The translations under genes and the position numbers were made by a program. From Mustelus asterias (taxonomy: Eukaryota): a DNA stretch of 64,000 nucleotides. The stretch covers positions 1-64,000 of the forward strand of contig NW_027590920.1 in NCBI RefSeq assembly GCF_964213995.1. Direction: 5' to 3'. Below, piece by piece: positions 12,535-23,955 of this stretch (its first letter is position 1; each line of letters begins with the position of its first letter). The notes under the pieces were generated by a model that saw only the letters and a list, made by a program, of their open reading frames with translations, was not told where the DNA came from and searched no databases.

Positions 12535-12963
12535 GGGAACCTGTCTCGGGGGCAGGGAATTCATATGGTGTTCGTGGAAGTGGAAATGACTAGGGTTGGG
12601 AAGCATTTTCCGATCAGGGCCATTGTGATCTCCTGGACTCGTTTCGATCGCCTCAGGGGGTCGGAGAGGGATTTCCCAGATTTTTTTTCCCCATATTGGC
12701 CCTGGGGTTTTTCACTCTGGGTTTTCGCCTCTCCCTGGAGATCACATGGTCTGGAATGGGGGGGGTGGGGGTGAGTTAATAGGTTGTAATGAACAAAGCA
12801 TCGTAGCTGTGAGGGACAGCTCGGTGGATAGGATATTGGTATGTAGATAGGCTGGAAAATTGGGCGGGGATCCTGGATTCAGGATTCAATCCTGGACCGG
12901 GGAGCGGCGCGGGCTTGGAGGGCCGAAGGGCCTGTTCCTGTGCTGTATTGTTCTTTGTTCTTT
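12535..12963 (+). mobile_element. Retroposed element with CR1 3' tail
   Basis: The last ~65 nt match the CR1 tail at 54915-54980; gtattt flanks both ends. Confidence 0.55.
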
Positions 12964-13077
12964 GTATTTAACAAATGAGATGTCGAATAGCCGCCACAGA
13001 GACTCACCCAGCAACACGACTGTTATAACTCTGGGACACAGAAACTCACCCAACAACACGAAGATAGTCGAGTGTAT

Positions 13078-13870
13078 TGTGTGGTGGTGAGCTGCCTTCC
13101 TGAAGCTCTGCGGTCCCTGAGGTGCAGGTACACCCACTGTGCTGTTAGTGAGGGAGTTCCAGGGTTTGACCCAGTGACGGTGAAGGAACAGCGATATATT
13201 TCCAAGAAAGGATGTGGAATAACTTGGAATGGAACGTCTAGGTGGTGATGTTCCCATGTGCCTGCTGCCCCTGTCCTCCTAAATGGCAGTGGTCGTGTGT
13301 TTGGATTGTGCTGCCTGAAAAAGGTTTGCTGAGTTGCTGCAGTGTTTCTTGTAGATGGTGCACACGGCTGCCACTGTTCGTCGGTGGTGGCAGGAATGGA
13401 TGTTTACGGAATGGTGAGCAATCAAGCGGACTGCTTTGTCCAGTATCGTGTCGAGTTTATTGAGTTATTGGAGCGACACTGATCCACGTAAGGAGGGAGC
13501 ATTCCATTTACACTCCTGACTTGTACTTTGTAGATGGTGGATAGGCTTTGGGGAGTCACAAGACGAGTTACTCATCGCAGGATTCCTAACCTTTGACCTG
13601 CTCTGGTAGCCACGGTCCTGGGTCCAGTTCAGTTTTCAGTCAACTCCCAGGATGTTGATGGGGTGGGGTGTGGAGAGGGGGGGCGTGGGGGGGGGGGGCG
13701 GGTGTGGATTCAGCGATGGCAATGCCATTGAATGTCAAGGAAAGTTGGTTAGATCCTCTCTTTTTAGAGATGGTCAATGCCTGGAACTTGTGGGACGTGA
13801 ATGTTGTTTGCACTTATCAGGCCAAACCTAAGTATTGTTCAGGTCTTGCTGCATTTGGGCATAGACCAAA
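13078..13870 (-). mobile_element. LINE (CR1/L2 clade) 3' fragment
   Basis: Reverse-complement similarity to 9110-9580. Confidence 0.6.
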
Positions 13871-14132
13871 TGTCTGATTCGAGACAGTGGAATGTCATCC
13901 TTAAATTGAAGAATTTGAATGATTTCCTCACCAGAAAGCCCACTCTCACTGAGTGACTGTTTCTTCAATCGGATAGGTTATGCCCTGACTGTCAATATGT
14001 CTGAGCAAAGTCGCTGTCAGGAATTGCAAAGCCCAGGGCAACCTCATGCTTCATTTCCTGCTCTCGTTCTGACATGTCTTGCCGGCAGTCTGCTATTTGT
14101 TTGATCGCTGCAGCAACTGTAAACAGGTGTGA

Positions 14133-14569
14133 GGTTTTTCTACAATGACTGCCGTTTTTCCTCTCAGTGTGGGCATTAATGCACAGCAGGATCCACGCTC
14201 TCCGTGTCTTCAGTAACCAACTGACCCAATTTGCCCGCAGTGGAAAGTTTCAACTCGAATCAGTCATTTTCTCTTTGCCATCCGAGAATCTGCTTATTAT
14301 CCACTTACGTCCCTGATCGGGTTTTTTGTCTGTACCAATACATTCCATAAATACTGGACATGCCATAGCTGCAGTTTATCTGTGCCGAATCCCCGCTCTG
14401 GACTGTTTTCGCTGTGTGAGTTTGTGAAACTTGGTCCGAGTGACATCGACCTATGAAAACATTCAGACAATGAAGCAAAATTAGTATAAATATACAGATT
14501 CACAAGTTATAGAATAAGTATCCTGCACTTAAAAGTTAGCATCACCAGAATGACAAGGAATAGATTCAT
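14133..14569 (-). pseudogene. TRAV/TRDV: TCR V pseudogene 3 with 23-RSS
   Basis: Leader MNLFLVILVMLTFKC from 14569 with GT donor mutated to GG; exon from 14450 GRCHSDQVSQTHT..INCSYGMSSIYGMYWYRQ, then frameshift, ending SCCALM. RSS CACACTG (14171-14165) + 23 + AGAAAAACC. Confidence 0.85.
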
Positions 14570-15415
14570 TTGCACCGTGTGATACAAAAGCATTGTCAAT
14601 AGGAATACGGGGCACAGCTCACAGCAGAAGGGCACGAAGTGAATCAACATCTTCAATATTCCGCTAATGTAAGATGCAACAGATAAAGTTCCAGACACTC
14701 GGTTTCTCTGCAGTTTGATGGGCTGGAATCAGTTTCTGCTCGTCCGGTGTAAGGATGTGGGTTGTTGATCCGCTGCTGCTTCTCTTTCGGGTCACGTGTG
14801 AACAGGCCAATTGTCTATAAACCAGGACGCTACTTTACTGCAGTAACTGTAAATTATAAAAGTGGTTAAGGATTAACTGTTCACCAATGAAGGCATTGAT
14901 TTCAAACTGAGTTTTGCCCTCATTTTAAAGTTATATATGATAAATGCATAATCAATGATATGTTGGAAATATTTTACTTGATTTACTTTTGCAAATTTAA
15001 TTGATTCTCCTTGGTTTCAACAGTGCCATTTCCTCAAATCTCCGAGTCCCTCCCCATTTCATTTCTATTTGTGTAACTTGGACAGCAGCTGTTCAAGTCA
15101 GCAGCTCAGCGCCACATTCTCAAGAGCAAATAGGGATCCCCTTTTTCCCACAATCAATAACAATATCCCCACTTTAAGTCTCTAACGGACCAATATTACT
15201 CCTGATCACCTTCTTTCCCTTTATGTAACTAATATTTCCTTATTGATCTCGATCTGCTTTGCAAGTTTCATTTCATAATCCATTTTACTAGCTCTTCTAT
15301 GTTGCTTCATAGACCTTTGCAGGTCTTTGGGCTTTTCGGAGGTGGTTGAATTATCGCTCTTGCTTTGTGAGTGCGGGAGCGCATATTTGTGACATTAACT
15401 GGAAATTTCGATGTG

Positions 15416-15750
15416 CAATTTTGTACCGAATCCGCTGTATCTCGGCAGCAATTTGGGGCTGAAGGCACAGAAATAGCGGTAGCGGATATGAGAGCTTTTT
15501 ATATCATTAATTATTTAATGTCTGCTGCTTTACTAAGTATAGAAGCGTATTGCTGTGTAAAGCCGGGGTTCTGCTTTGCTGTCCCTCCCCAGAGCTGAAA
15601 CACAGACTGTAGAAATGCCCATGTTCTACTTGTACCGAACACATAAGGACTTGGTTTGTTTACAGGATGGAATTTGTGGTAAAATGATCCCCTCTTCAAC
15701 CATCATTTTCGGCACCGACTCCTCTATTGAACTGGGTAATGCATATTTAT
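15416..15750 (-). pseudogene. Highly decayed TCR V pseudogene 4
   Basis: Minus strand YVF(W)YK*..QYASILSK..*LMI*KALIS..YFCAFS, followed by CAAATTG + 24 + ACAAAATTG. Confidence 0.6.
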
Positions 15751-16454
15751 CACTACATCAGCACTTGTTAAATAAAAATGTTTGGGATACGGCAGCCGGG
15801 TTAGGCCGGGGCACTAAGGAGAGTTCATTTTACTGGGAAACATCTACTTAATCCGAAGTGATATAATAATTAGTGGTCTGCGATACTTCCACAGTCTGTT
15901 CCCTATATCTTCGCAATATGTGAAATTCTCTGTCAGGGTAGAAATATAAATCCCCTCTCCATTGGACTGCGGATCCAAACAATGACAAACATAAAAAATT
16001 GGCAGCAATCTCTCCAATAAACTAGGACAGGTGAGAAGGGTCAGTGTGAGAACAGCACAGGACAGTCTGGGCAGTGTTTTCACAGGTAGGATTTAACTAC
16101 AAGGAACTGAACTCAGTAACAAAGCAACATTGAAAAATTACATAACGTTGCCTCTCTGTAGCAAGTGTCGCTAATCTTCATTCCATTCTGCCGACCAATA
16201 GTTTCGTACCAACTTTGTTAGAGTCAGTAAATTATTCAATCCTAAACGAAATCTTCATCAGGCGCCTCACAAAAATCTTGCGTTGATTTTCCCGCTTATA
16301 TATCTTTGAGATCCAGCTGCCTACACTCAGAAATCTTATTCTCTGATGAGCGGGATATCGCATTAATGTTTGCGTTCCCCTATATAAACACGTAGCCCTG
16401 GTTAAGAAACATCAGAGTGGTGAGGGGCAACTCCCACAGCTCCATCCGTGTGAT

Positions 16455-16485
16455 ATGCTGCAGGAAGTGACATCAGAAATGTGGC
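16455..16485 (+). promoter_or_regulatory. Putative V promoter ETS/CRE-like element
   Basis: caggaagtgacatca about 100 bp upstream of ATG 16572. Confidence 0.5.
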
Positions 16486-16571
16486 TGCTCTGAGTCTGTG
16501 TTGTCCTGCAGCAGATGACATTTGCTCTTTTACAGTTATCTGTTCTGCACCTTTCTGGGACAGCAGCAGCA

Positions 16572-17579
16572 ATGCAGATCCACGTTCTCGTTGTGCTCTG
16601 GGCAGCTTTCTGTGTCGGTGAGAAATTTAAAACTTTTAAATGAAGATTAATTTCAGAGAATTAGATTTTAAAAGTAAATAGTCTATTTATCACTTGTATC
16701 GAAACTTGGTCAGACCACATGAGGAGTGTTAGGAAATAATGCCAGGGCACAGGAGAAAATGAGGAAAAATCTGTAAGAAGGTGATACCGCAATTGGCATG
16801 AGCTAACTATCAGCAATAATTGTGCTGGCTGAGATTATTTGATCTCGCAAAGCGAGGTTGGAGGGACAGCCAGACAGAGGTATTCAAATGTGATTGAAAG
16901 GTGGTTAATAGGTTAGTGCTGCAGAGTTCTTTTCACTTCTGAATCATTGATTATGATAAATGCAACGGTTCAAAGAGATGCAAAAGGGCATTGTGGACAG
17001 GCCTCCATACCCAGCGTGTGTTTATACTCTGTACATCACTACCACAAGGGAAGCTAAATAAAGAGATGATGCAGAAAGAAATGGATGGAAATTCTGAGAG
17101 ATTGAGACGAAGTAAGGCGAATTACGCTCTCTAGGATTTAAAACAGACAGATCAATTTTGTAGAAAGTTTATTTTTCTAAGGTCTGTACTCCAACTTTTT
17201 GTATGTGATACTAACCACTAATTGTCACATTTCAGTTCAGTTGATTATTTGCACTTTTTTAACTGTGTGTTCCAGATCAGAGCGATGGAGATTCTGTTAC
17301 TCAGCGGGAATCCTCACTCACACCGCCAGAGGGAAAATATGTCACTTTAAGCTGCATCTTTACCGACGATGCTGATTATTTATTCTGGTACCGTCAGTAC
17401 CCAGGCAGACAGCCCGAGTTTGCCGTCCGCCGGGACCCGAGCGACAGTTATGAATTCAAGGCCGATTTCGCTCGGACACGGTTTTCGGATAGAGTCCAGC
17501 AGTCAGACAAGTTGTACCGATTGACAATCTCGGAGCTGCGGCTGTCTGACACCGCGGTCTATTACTGTGCACAGAGTCT
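16572..17579 (+). CDS. TRAV/TRDV: TCR alpha/delta V segment 5, apparently functional (exons 16572-16617 and 17276-17579)
   Basis: Spliced translation MQIHVLVVLWAAFCV-DQSDGDSVTQRESSLTPPEGKYVTLSCIFTDDADYLFWYRQYPGRQPEFAVRRDPSDSYEFKADFARTRFSDRVQQSDKLYRLTISELRLSDTAVYYCAQS. No stops, GT-AG phase-1 intron. Confidence 0.93.
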
Positions 17580-17618
17580 CACAGTGATGAGAACGAGTGA
17601 AATTCTCGTACAAAAACT
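17580..17618 (+). other. 23-RSS of V5
   Basis: CACAGTG + 23 nt + ACAAAAACT. Confidence 0.95.
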
Positions 17619-18584
17619 GCCGCAGGTTTCTGGGTCACAGCTGCTGTCTGCTGAGGACTGTTTACAACAGCCAGTCACACACTGACACTGGAAAATATTC
17701 CTGTGCACAAAGACCCAGAGAACAATCAGCAGAAACAGCATCAGAAACGGTACAAACCGAACATTCTTTCTGCCTGATTATTGCATTCACGTCGTGGCTG
17801 CAAAACTGGCTGCCCACCATTGACAAAACAAACTCCAGTTGGTTCCCTGAAACTAGCTCTGTCGATGCAGTGAAATAGGGTAAACGGAAAGTAAGATAAC
17901 ACTGTTTAAAATATCAGTCTGCAATGGAGACAGGCTTACGCCAGGTCAAAATGTTGATAATTAAATGAAACGTGTTAATTGTCCCTCACTGTTACAGAGA
18001 TGTGGAAATTTTAACCGAACGGACCGCTACAATATCAGTAGGTTCTGAGCGTTGCTGCCACCTTGTGGGAGAGTTCACAATTTCTACCTGTAATGTTCAG
18101 TTCCATTCAGAGCATGATTGTTCAGGAATTATTTTTACAAGAAATTCAAAAGCTTACACCAAAATATCTTGTCAGTAAATATTGCGTTGTTCGGTGTAAA
18201 TGCTGTACTGAACTTTACTCTATGCTCTATATTTCCTATTGTAACCTTAAACTATGTTTCCTGTATTCATTTATGAGACAATCTCCTTGTTTCGATTACA
18301 GCAGGATGGTTAACAACTGTCCAGACCGTATTTCTTCTCACAGGGCACAAACTAGTGTCTCAACTAATACTACACTGATCCCACATATCTGTTCATATTT
18401 CACTGGATCCAGTGCCTGTTTACATGATACTGGCGCTGTCTCCTTCCTTCAACTTTATTTGCCGTGTAATCCATTAGAGACGTTGTCGGTTGTTACTGGT
18501 CTTAGACCATGCTCATGTTTATATCGCAAATTTTACAAACTTGTCTAAATTCTCTAAGACATTTTGAATTAGATTTGAATTCAG

Positions 18585-19365
18585 ATTATGACCTGAATGG
18601 CTGTAAATTGGGACAGGGGAGTGTGCAGCGGGACCTGGGTGTCCTTGTGCACCAGTCACTGAAGGTAAGTATGCAGGTGCATCAGGCAGAAAAGAAGGCA
18701 ATTGGTATGTTGGCCTTCATTGCGAGAGGTTTCGAGTACAGGAGCGGGGATATGTTGTTGCAATTATACAGGGACTTGGTGAGGCCACGGTTAGAGTATT
18801 GTGTGCAGTTTTGGTCTCCCTTTCTGAGGAAGGATGTTCTTGCTCTCGAGGGAGTGCAACAAAAGTTTACCAGGCTGATTCCGGGGATGGCGGGACTGAT
18901 GTAAGAGGAGAGATTGACGACGTCAGGATTGTTTTCACTGGAGTTCAGACGAAAGCAGGGGGGTGGGGGTGGTTCTCAAAGAGACTTATAAAATTCTAAC
19001 AGGTCTAAACAGGGTAGATGCAGAGAGGATTTTCCCGATGGTGTGGAAATCCAAAACCAGAGGTCACAGTCCGAGGATTCAGGGTAGACCATTTAAGACG
19101 GAGATGAGGAGAGATTTCTTCACCCAAAGAGTGGTGAGCCTGTGGAATTCATTACCACAGGAAGTAGCTGATGCCAAAACATTGAATGCATTCAAGAGGC
19201 GGCTGGATAAAGCACTTGGGGCGAATGGGATCAAAGGTTATGGGGAGAAAGCAGGACTGGGCGATTGAGTTGGATGATCAGCCATGATCGTGATGAATGG
19301 CGGAGCAGGCTCGAAGGGCCCAATGGCCTCCTCCTGCTCCTATCTTCTACGTTTCTAGGTTTCTA
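18585..19365 (+). mobile_element. CR1 LINE 3' fragment
   Basis: QRDLGVLVHQSLK..RPRLEYCVQFWSP..FFTQRVVSLWNSLP. Confidence 0.9.
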
Positions 19366-19717
19366 TGAATTATGCCCAAAATATATTTGATATAAATGGA
19401 ATAAATGGAACCTTCCCCAAATCTGTTACTCTCGGCTTGTAACTTATTGACATTTATTTGAAACCAACACATTCTGCTGATACGTTTAGAAAGAACAGAA
19501 TTCCCTCCATTTTGCCCTATCCCAATCACCCTGTCACATTGCGGCAGTGTTTTTCCACCTAGCTCCCTCTGGTTCTTGTCACTCTGTCTCTCAGTCCGCA
19601 GTAATACACCGCGCTGTCAGACAACCGCAGCTCAGGGATGGTGAAAATCCCCTCACTTTTTGAACTGTCGAGGAATGCAGAAAATCGAGGCCCCACACCC
19701 TCTGGTCTGAAAATATC

Positions 19718-19816
19718 GTAAGAAGTCTCACAACACCAGGTTAAAGTCCAACAGGTTTATTTGGTAGCAGACACCATAAGCTTTCGGAGCGTGCTGCTCC
19801 TTCGTCAGATGGAGTG
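19718..19816 (-). mobile_element. 99-bp Penelope-like terminal fragment with 9-bp TSD
   Basis: gaaaatatc at 19709-19717 and 19817-19825; the insert matches the PLE terminus at about 36642-36735. Confidence 0.85.
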
Positions 19817-20123
19817 GAAAATATCCCCAGCAGAAGGAATATAGATCAAGAATCTGGGAGCTTTGTCCCGATCCTGACGGTACAGGTGTAATAATTAGAA
19901 AGTAGCAGTGGTGGAATAGCTGAAATTGATTATCACAGAGTCGCCTTCGAACTGTGTCGCTGTAACCCGGCTCCTGTGAGACCGAGTCTGCAGCATGAAC
20001 ACCTGCAGAAATGAAGAAATAGAGAACATTTTGTTGCCATTTTATTGCAGCCAAGATTGTCAAGTTAACAGAATATATTGCAAATGCAGGAAACACATGG
20101 TTAAAAGTAAAAATACTCTGTGA

Positions 20124-20460
20124 GCGGCATGGTAGCACAGTGGTTAGCACTGCTGCTTCACAGCTCCAGGGTCCCGGGTTCGATTCCCGGCTCGGGTCAC
20201 TGTCTGTGTGGAGTTTGCATATTCTCCTCATGTCTGTGTGGGTTTCCTCCAGGTGCTCTGGTTTCCTCCCACAGTCCAAAGATGTGCGGGTTAGGTTGAT
20301 TGGCCAGGTTAAAAAAAATTGCCCCTTAGAGTCCTGGGATGCGTGGATTAGTGGGTAAAATATGTGGGGGTAGGGCCTGGGTGGGATTGTGGTCGGTGCA
20401 GACTCGATGGGCCGAATGGCCTCCTTCTGCACTGTAGGGTTTCTATGATTCTTTCTATGA
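20124..20460 (+). mobile_element. HE1-like SINE, full length
   Basis: Near-identical to 5378-5708. Confidence 0.9.
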
Positions 20461-21259
20461 GTAACGTTAACAAGTTGAAAACTGAGTAACTTGGGAGTTA
20501 ACAAGTTAGGAGGCCAGTAGCTGTGAGGAATGAATAAAGGGTATCACCCAAAATGCTCACAGAGCTGATGCTGGATCTGAACGCAGTGAGTTAAAGCTCA
20601 ATAGTTTTAGGTAAGAGTTGAGAAGATGAGCAGTGACATTCGGCCTGGCAACCTGATTGGTCTATTCCTGACAGAGCGACAAGTGACAACCAATCGGTTC
20701 ATTGCTCCATTGTCCCACATTTCATCCAATCAACTCGCAGTTTGTGCCGTCAGTGAGCTGGGTAGATGAAAGACCAGCAGTGGCCACTTTGCCTTGCAAA
20801 AATGCTCCTACTATCTACCTGTCTATCTCCCACCATCTTCATGCACTACCCGAAGTCCCATTTTACTCTTAAAATCCACAAATGTATCATCATCAGTTCG
20901 AAATAAACCCAAAGACTGCACAATCACTGCTCTGTGGTGTAGAGAATGATAAGAGTTGCTTTAAACTCAATATGGCTTCATTAACAGGGTCAATATTTAA
21001 GTTGGAGGTGATGGGTAATTGTTAAAATGGTTCTATTATCATGGCCGGAGTTTCTCATTAAGAGAGCTGCTCGCTGAAAATGAAAAATAAAATACTTACC
21101 GCTGATAGAAACAGGACTTTGATGTATAACGACACATTGTGCAGCACAGAACGTAAAAATTCTGGCAAATTGGTCTTTATATGATTTGGGTCATACTATA
21201 AAACCCTAATCCAGTTGACAGATCTGATTCAGTGAGAGGAGGCGAGAGTGCCCTTGCTG

Positions 21260-21735
21260 TTTTTTTGTGCGGGCTGACTGTGCCTCTGTAACAGTGCGGG
21301 GCTCAGCGCACAGTAATACACAGCAGAGTCAGACACACGGACCCCGGTGATATTTAACGGAACTGTTTTCTTGTCTTGGTCCAAATCAGCAGAATACCGG
21401 TCCGGGAAATCGGGAGACTTATCCCCCTGCCGCTTCCCGTAACTCTTCAGTAAATATCTCGGAGCTTCACCAGGATTCTGGATGTACCAGAAGAGAGTTG
21501 GCATTACTTTTTTTGTAGTGTAGTTGCAGTTCAATATTCCCTCCTGTCCTTCCTGAACCGTGAATTCAGGCGCTGCTGGGAAGCTGAATCTTGGCCATTG
21601 GTTCCTGTAACAACATATAGAATGTGTGAGAAATCTGTGAGTGAATATAACCCGTGAAACACACACTGAGGATTTGAGCTCAGACTAACCGGGCAATGTG
21701 ACCATTATTATCAGTAAAGCACACAGGGAACACAT
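21260..21735 (-). pseudogene. TRAV/TRDV: TCR alpha-type V pseudogene 7
   Basis: Leader MCSLCALLIIMVTLP 21735-21690; exon from 21604 GTNGQDSASQ, 1-nt frameshift, then APEFTVQEGQEGILNCNY..WYIQNPGEAPRYLL..DSAVYYCALS. RSS CGCACTG + 23 + ACAAAAAAA (the critical CAC is mutated). Confidence 0.87.
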
Positions 21736-22642
21736 GGTTCCTGATTGGCAGTAAACAGCGACACTGCTTAACATTTGTCGCTGTTTCCAGTCTTATATCA
21801 CAGAGCGAACTCAGATCAGAGACAGCTTCAATTATAGGAAAGGGGGGGGGGGGCGTTTCTTAGTGCTACGATTGGCTAGTCTCCCTGAGGATCACCTTTG
21901 GACCTGGTAGCTTTGGACCAATCACTCTTAGTTGAGGAGGAAGTACAGCTGGCGATCTCCAATCAAATTGTAGCCCCGGCTGCGTGTGTCTTTCTCACTC
22001 TCACCTTCTCTGTCACAATATCAGTCATTCTTTCTCCGTTTAACTCGCTTGCCTTCGAACTCAATGTCAATGTATTTTTTTAGGTAGATCTTTCCCCCTA
22101 ATTAAGGTGAAAATTGAAGCAGATAATTTGAAATCCCTCTGATGCACAGTTTTTGAGTGCCGCCCAGTGCATGAGGATAATTAATAGATGCCGTTTTAAG
22201 AACACTGGGGAAAAGTAATCACCCAGCTCCACATTGAGATGAGCTTCCACTGGGAAGGCATGGATTTCAGTCAGTCAATATTTTTAACCCAGCAACTTCA
22301 ACATGTGGCAACTCTGAGTCTGCCTTTGATATTTGATCACTTCTGAAATGTGTGATCTGTCAGACAGTCAACTGATTAGGAACATTCAAAATACAGCTTG
22401 ATGACGTTTTTCACTTGGGAGATTTGCAGATTTGTGTGAATGTGATATGGGAACGATTGGACTTGATCTGGTAGTAATATGAGTAAAAATGTCAAACTTC
22501 CCAACAGTGACAATCATTGACCTCAGTGAGCGAAAACCCTCAGACGGGACTGTATTGTCACCTTCTCTATGGTTGCATGCTCTCTGAATTTTCAACCCCA
22601 TGTGTTGCCCTGACAATGAATCATTGATTTTCGACCTGTGCC

Positions 22643-22822
22643 AGTTTTTGTATGAGGCCCGCGGGATCCTCATTCACTGTGGGCCTCAGTGCACAGTAAT
22701 ACACGGCGCTGTCTGTCATCTTCTATCCTTTCACTGACAAGTGAAAAGTGCTTTATTTCAGGTTGTGATTCCCGCTGAGGTGTTCAAAGCCGGGAGCCGT
22801 ATCGGTAAACCCATAACTCCCA
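22643..22822 (-). pseudogene. TRAV/TRDV: TCR V pseudogene 8 (3' half, truncated by CR1) with consensus 23-RSS
   Basis: GSYGFTDTAPGFEHLSGNHNLK*STFHLSVKG*KMTDSAVYYCALR; CACAGTG (22681-22675) + 23 + ACAAAAACT. Confidence 0.85.
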
Positions 22823-23955
22823 AACCAGATCCTTGCGGTACACCACTAATAACTGAACTCCAGGATGAACATTTCCCATCAACCACCACCCTCTGTCTTC
22901 TTACAGCTAGCCAATTTCTGATCCAAACCGCTAAGTCACCCTCAGTCCCATGCGTCCGTATTTTCTGCAATAGCTTACCGTGGGGTACCTTATCAAACGC
23001 TTTACTGAAATCCATATACACCACATCAACTGCTTTACCCTCATCCACCTCTTTGGTCACCTCCTCAAAGAACTCAGTAAGGTTTGTGAGGCACGACCTA
23101 CCCTTCCCAAAATCGTGCTGACTATCCCTAATCAAATTATTAATTTCCAGATGATTATTAATCCTATCTCTTATAATCCTTTCCAAAACTTTGCCCACAA
23201 CAGAAGTAAGGCTCACTGGTCTATAATTACCAGGGTTGTCTCTACTCCCCTTCTTGAACAAGGGGACAACATTTGCTATCCTCCAGTCTTCTGGCACTAT
23301 TCCTGGAGACAATGACGACATAAAGATCAAAGCCAACGGCTCTGTAATCTCCTCCCTAGCCTCCCAGAGAATCCTAGGATAAATCCCATTCGGCCCAGGG
23401 GACTTATCTATTTTCACACTTTCCAGAATTGCTAACGCCTCCTCCTTATGAACCTCAACCCCGTCTAGTCAAATAGCCTGTATCTCAGTATTCTCCTCGA
23501 CAACATTGTCTTTTTCCTGTGTGAATACTGACGGAAAATATTCATTTAGCGCCCCCCCCTATCTCTTCGGAATTCCCACTACTGTCCTTGACTGGCCCTA
23601 ATCTTATCCTAGTCATTCTTTTATTCCTGATATACCCATAGAAAACTTTAGGGTTTTCCTTGATCCTACCTGCCAAAGACTTATCATGTCCCCTCCTGAC
23701 TCTTCTTAGCTCTCTCTTTAGGTCCTTCCTGGCTAACTTGTAACTCTCAAGCGCCCTAACTGAGCCTTCACGTCTCATCTTTACATAAGTCTCCTTCTTC
23801 CTCTTCACAAGAGATTCAACTTTTTTAGTAAACCACGGTTCCCTCGCTCGACCACTTCCTCCCTGCCTGACAGGTACATACTTATCAAGGACACGCAGTA
23901 GCTGTTCCTTGAACATTTCAATTGTGCCCGTCCCCTGCAGTTTCCTTCCCCATCA
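22823..23955 (-). mobile_element. CR1 LINE internal ORF2 fragment
   Basis: KSPGPNGIYPRIL..NYRPVSLTSVVGK..YMDFSKAFDKVPH..SGVPQGS. Confidence 0.92.

Larger units (their letters stand above)
19548..20554 (-). pseudogene. TRAV/TRDV: TCR V pseudogene 6 (Penelope insert in exon, SINE in intron)
   Basis: Exon 20002-19587 GVHAADSVSQEP(fs)..YRQDRDKAPRFLIYI..RFSAFLDSSKSEGIFTIPELRLSDSAVYYCGLR. Cys23 to Phe, in-frame stop. RSS CAGAGTG + 23 + GGAAAAACA. Leader about 20554-20503 lacks an ATG. Confidence 0.87.

Noticed and set aside
19728-20504. 258-aa minus-strand ORF
   Set aside because: A chimera of antisense SINE, intron, frameshifted V pseudogene and the Penelope insert.
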